Shown: positions 56,495 through 59,827 of the stretch, in pieces
Layout: each line of letters begins with the position of its first letter
Numbering within the stretch: position 1 is the stretch's first letter
DNA from: an uncultured bacterium
GTDB lineage: Bacteria; Bacillota_I; Bacilli_A; RF39; UBA660
Direction of reading: 5' to 3'
NCBI GenBank assembly: GCA_949295285.1
Contig: CASFKI010000018.1
Location: 1 to 59,827, forward strand
Length of the DNA stretch: 59,827 nucleotides
Program-made: the position numbers and the translations under genes
Notes under the pieces: generated by a model
Seen by the model: only the letters and a program-made list of their open reading frames with translations
Told to the model about the DNA's origin: nothing
Databases searched by the model: none

Positions 56495-57307
56495 CTAAAA
56501 TTTTATTTCTTCATCATACTTATTATATAGATCTTCTAGCTTTGGTTTTTGTTTTTGACTTATTGTTATATATAAACCAATAAAAATCATAATAATGCTT
56601 ACTACTTGAGCAATTTTAAAATCTGCTAGCATTAAACTATCTGTTCTAAATGATTCAATAATTAATCTAACAATACCATACCATATTAAATAGAAACTCA
56701 ATATTTGGCCATTTTTTATATATCTATATCTTCTATATATTAACATAAATATCACACCGATAAGACAAGCAATAGATTCAAAATAAAACATGGGCAAATG
56801 ATATTCTCCATTAATTAACATATTATCTATTATAAATTGTGGTATTATTTTTATATTAACTAAAGTTTCATAACTAACAATACTACCATATGCTTCAGAA
56901 TTAAAAAAATTACCCCATCTTCCAATGCATTGAGCTAATAATACCCCCGGTACTAAAATATCTAGTATTTTTTTAGTATTAGCATTATATTTTTTACAAT
57001 ATATAATAACAGTTATTAGACCGAATAGTAACCCTCCATGAATAGCAAGACCACCTTCCCATATTTTGTATATATTACTAGGATTTTCAAAATAATAATC
57101 TAAATTAAATACAACATAATATAATCTTGCACCAATTATTCCAAATATTAATCCCCAAAAAACTAAATTAAAAATAAAATCGGTTTTTATTTTTTGTCTT
57201 TTAGTTTCAGTAATTATCAAAAAATATGCTAAAACAACTCCTAATAAAATTAATATACTATACCATCTGATTTCAATTCCTTTAAATGTATATAAAACAG
57301 GATCCAT
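56495..57307 (-). CDS. lgt: Phosphatidylglycerol--prolipoprotein diacylglyceryl transferase
   Basis: IRWYSILI, GARLYYV, GGLAIHGGL and GRWGNFFNSEAYG motifs. Confidence 0.9.
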   Translation of the reverse strand: MDPVLYTFKGIEIRWYSILILLGVVLAYFLIITETKRQKIKTDFIFNLVFWGLIFGIIGARLYYVVFNLDYYFENPSNIYKIWEGGLAIHGGLLFGLITVIIYCKKYNANTKKILDILVPGVLLAQCIGRWGNFFNSEAYGSIVSYETLVNIKIIPQFIIDNMLINGEYHLPMFYFESIACLIGVIFMLIYRRYRYIKNGQILSFYLIWYGIVRLIIESFRTDSLMLADFKIAQVVSIIMIFIGLYITISQKQKPKLEDLYNKYDEEIKF

Positions 57308-57309
57308 TT

Positions 57310-57723
57310 TTACCTCCTAAAATAAGATTTTACTATGTTATCTAAAAATATTCTCATTATACTAATAAAAATTGCAATTATAAAAGTATTTATTATACCG
57401 CCCATATTAAACGAATTTCCCATTAAAAAATCACATATTTTAAGTATTATAACATTAACAATTGGATATGCTATTCCAAATGACATTATTGTAAGTGGTA
57501 ATGTTAAAAATATTAAAAAAGGTTTAATAAAATAATTTAACATACTAAGTATTAAAGCTGCTATTATAGCATAAAATAAATTTTCAACATATATTCCTTT
57601 AAATATAAATTCAGCTAATAAAAGAACAATTGCATATATTATTATTCCAATAGCAAATTCTATTAAATCTTTTTTATTATTATTTTCATCTTCCACTACT
57701 ACTTTATAAACTTTACTACTCAT
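57310..57723 (-). CDS. YvlD / phage-holin-family-4-like membrane protein
   Basis: Four TM helices, about 137 aa. TAATG overlap with the upstream pilin-like gene. Confidence 0.6.
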   Translation of the reverse strand: MSSKVYKVVVEDENNNKKDLIEFAIGIIIYAIVLLLAEFIFKGIYVENLFYAIIAALILSMLNYFIKPFLIFLTLPLTIMSFGIAYPIVNVIILKICDFLMGNSFNMGGIINTFIIAIFISIMRIFLDNIVKSYFRR

Positions 57724-58259
57724 TAACAATCCCTATCTTCAATGCAATTAAGTGCATCTTCTGCTTTAGAAATATTGCAACTATCTAATATACTATTATA
57801 TTTTTGACACAAACTAGCATCATTTTCACATACATCTTCATATGTTAAATATGCATCTCCACACTTTAAATATGTTTTATCAACTTCATAATTATTTTCA
57901 TCTTCATTAAATATAACAAAGCCACTACAATTATTACCACTAAAATTAAAATGATCAATATAATTAAGTTCCACCAAATCATTAGTACAAATATAATAAG
58001 TATCATTGTTTTTTCTTAAAACCGATTTATCAAGATCAGGTTTACAATAATTACTATATAAATTACTTATAGGATTATGGCAAAAATCCTCATTAAATAC
58101 TCTAGCAGCATCTTCAATATCTCTTTCTTGTTCTTTAACAATATTTATTTTTGTATTATTATATATTTTAATTACTGCAGGGGTCGCTATTACTGCCAAT
58201 ATTGCTAAAATTGCTACTACTATTATTATTTCCATCAATGTAAATCCATCTTTATTCAT
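57723..58259 (-). CDS. Type IV pilin-like protein (prepilin N-terminal methylation motif) with a Cys-rich globular domain
   Basis: MNKDG|FTLMEIIIVVAILAILAV class III signal with Glu+5. There are 10 Cys in the C-terminal 125 aa. Confidence 0.7.
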   Translation of the reverse strand: MNKDGFTLMEIIIVVAILAILAVIATPAVIKIYNNTKINIVKEQERDIEDAARVFNEDFCHNPISNLYSNYCKPDLDKSVLRKNNDTYYICTNDLVELNYIDHFNFSGNNCSGFVIFNEDENNYEVDKTYLKCGDAYLTYEDVCENDASLCQKYNSILDSCNISKAEDALNCIEDRDC

Positions 58260-58329
58260 CTTTAATCATCTCCATATATATTCTACCATTTATATATATT
58301 AATTGGCAATAACAAATAAAATTTTACAA

Positions 58330-58355
58330 CAAAAAAGTCAACCTACAGATTGACT
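58330..58355 (-). terminator. Intrinsic terminator after rpmF
   Basis: AGUCAA / UUGACU stem followed by U6 on the minus strand. It overlaps the stop codon. Confidence 0.6.
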
Positions 58356-58569
58356 ACTTTGTATCTTCTTTGTTAACTTTAATAGCTTCTTTTCCTTTGT
58401 AATAACCACATTTAGTACAAGCTCTATGTGGAGATGTTACCGCACCGCAATTACTGCAAGTTGTAATAGTAGGAGCAGTTTTCTTTAAATGAGTTCTTCT
58501 TTGTCTTTTAGCAGTTTTACTTACTCTTCTAAAAGGTAAAGCACCAAATAAAGTAATATTTAATTTCAT
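58354..58569 (-). CDS. rpmF: 50S ribosomal protein L32 (zinc-ribbon type)
   Basis: PFRRVSKTAKRQRRTH and CSNCG...CTKCG. AGGAGG SD 7 nt before the ATG. About 8 extra N-terminal residues. Confidence 0.9.
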   Translation of the reverse strand: MKLNITLFGALPFRRVSKTAKRQRRTHLKKTAPTITTCSNCGAVTSPHRACTKCGYYKGKEAIKVNKEDTK

Positions 58570-58737
58570 TTTTTTCCTCCTTTATTTATCAAGCTAAACA
58601 TAATATTTCACATCGCGAAAGTATTTTCTCACAAAATAGAAAAAATATCAAGTATAATTAGATATTTTCTTGTATTTTTTGTAAAAAGTAGAATATTTTT
58701 ATATGTTTTGATATACTTTATATAAAGAGGAATTAAC

Positions 58738-59827
58738 ATGAAAAAAATAATTGGAATAATTACAGAATACAATCCATTTCACAATGGACATAAATATCAA
58801 ATAGATAAAATAAAAGAAAAATACAATGATAGTATTATAATTGTATGCATGTCTTCATCATTTACTCAAAGAGGTGAATTATCAATAATAAATAAATTTG
58901 ATAAAACCAAAATAGCTATTGAAAATGGTGTTGATATTGTGATTGAACTTCCTTATATATATTCTACTCAAAGTTCAGATATATTTGCAAGTAAAGCGAT
59001 AGAAATATTAAACGAATTTAAAATTGATGAATTATGTTTCGGAAGTGAAGAAAATAATATCGATAAATTATTAAAATGTGCTAATACTCAGATTTATAAC
59101 AAAGAGTTTGATATAAAAGTTAAAGAATACTTAGATAAGGGAATAAACTATCCTACTGCATTAAATAATTCATTAAAAGATTTATGTGGCTATGAGATAA
59201 ATACTCCAAATGATTTACTAGCGCTAAGTTATATTAAAGAGATAATAAAAAACAAATATAATATTAAATTTTTTAATATTAAAAGAACTAATTCATATCA
59301 TGATAATGAATTGAATGATAAAATAGTATCTTCATCTAATGTAAGAAAAAGAATATTAAATAATATAGACTTTATTAATCAAGTACCAAATAATGTATAT
59401 AAAATATTAAATAATAAAAAAATAGAATCTAAATACTTTGAATATTTAAAATATAAAATAATATCAGAAGATAATTTAGAAATATATGTTGACGTTGATG
59501 AGGGAATATCAGCAAGAATAAAAAAAGCTATTTATATATCAAACTCATTGGAAGAATTAATTACTAATATTAAAGCAAAAAGATACACTTATAATAAAAT
59601 AAGCAGAATGTTATGTCATATATTATGTTCTTTTACTAAAGAAGAAAACCTTATAACTAAAAAATTAGAATATATTAGAATATTAGGATTTTCTAATATA
59701 GGACAACAATATTTAAATAAAATTAAAAAAGATTTTAAATTAGAAATATTAAATAAATATAATACATCTAAATATAAAACACTTAAAATAGAAAAAAGAG
59801 TGAGTGATATATATTCTATCATATATG
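58738..59827 (+). CDS. tmcAL: tRNA(Met) cytidine acetate ligase TmcAL (YlbM/UPF0348), 3' end outside the window
   Basis: Not in the ORF track because no stop lies in the window. AGAGG SD and ATG 58738. Reads MKKIIGIITEYNPFHNGHKYQI..., open to the right edge. Confidence 0.8.
   Translation, partial: MKKIIGIITEYNPFHNGHKYQIDKIKEKYNDSIIIVCMSSSFTQRGELSIINKFDKTKIAIENGVDIVIELPYIYSTQSSDIFASKAIEILNEFKIDELCFGSEENNIDKLLKCANTQIYNKEFDIKVKEYLDKGINYPTALNNSLKDLCGYEINTPNDLLALSYIKEIIKNKYNIKFFNIKRTNSYHDNELNDKIVSSSNVRKRILNNIDFINQVPNNVYKILNNKKIESKYFEYLKYKIISEDNLEIYVDVDEGISARIKKAIYISNSLEELITNIKAKRYTYNKISRMLCHILCSFTKEENLITKKLEYIRILGFSNIGQQYLNKIKKDFKLEILNKYNTSKYKTLKIEKRVSDIYSIIY

Noticed and set aside
58540-58569. 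N-terminal extension of L32 as something unusual, and absence of the yceD/ylbN gene upstream of rpmF
   Set aside because: The extension is only about 8 residues and the ATG has an ideal AGGAGG SD. Both points are minor lineage variation and not evidence of a new feature.
1-59827. Possibility of an alternative genetic code (TGA=Trp, as in Mollicutes) given the extreme AT content
   Set aside because: Large housekeeping genes (polC, smc, aaRS genes) are full length under code 11. TGA also functions as a genuine stop at tightly coupled junctions (ruvA, the NT5C-like gene, the ATP-grasp ATGA overlap, yigZ). Allowing TGA read-through does not open ORFs in the 3.7-4.7 kb gap.
1-59827. CRISPR arrays, IS elements, rRNA, tmRNA, RNase P or SRP RNA
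   Set aside because: I scanned the intergenic regions by eye for regularly spaced direct repeats, terminal inverted repeats and conserved ncRNA core motifs and found none. All repeats seen are terminator hairpins, or the short in-gene 9-bp GXY repeat.

Overview
Extremely AT-rich, gene-dense chromosomal window from a low-GC Gram-positive (Bacillota) genome. It reads cleanly in the standard bacterial code, and TGA, TAA and TAG are all used as stops. There are about 60 protein genes, most on the minus strand and many translationally coupled (ATGA/TAATG overlaps). Most are housekeeping: murC, thrS, dnaB(Bsu-type)/dnaI, def, smc, miaA, mutL, yqeH/yqeG, alr, polC, lysS, aspS, uvrC, rpsT, rnc, yidD, ruvA/ruvB, sigH-like sigma factor, rlmB-like methyltransferase, trxB, lgt, rpmF and tmcAL (partial). 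Sporulation-lineage markers are present: spoIIP plus a yqxA-like gene, a SpoIIM-like fragment, and a SpoVB/MurJ-family flippase. RNA features are three tRNAs (two divergent tRNA-Lys(CUU) and one tRNA-Leu(UAG)) and two T-box leaders (Thr and Asp), plus many textbook sigma-A promoters and intrinsic terminators. I see no rRNA, CRISPR array, transposase, integrase or recognisable defence enzyme. The best candidates for something undescribed are listed below. (1) A self-contained five-gene operon of tiny proteins (43.7-45.0 kb), including three tandem paralogous helix-2TM-helix proteins. (2) A discrete alr / ATP-grasp / MurJ-SpoVB-flippase operon (27.9-31.7 kb) that looks like a surface-polymer or peptidoglycan amino-acid ligation module. 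(3) Two genes broken exactly at homopolymer tracts: a collagen-like beta-helix protein and an HExxH protein. (4) Orphan ORFs embedded in T-box-controlled aaRS operons. All functional calls rest on my reading of the translated ORFs and motifs. No database search was run.
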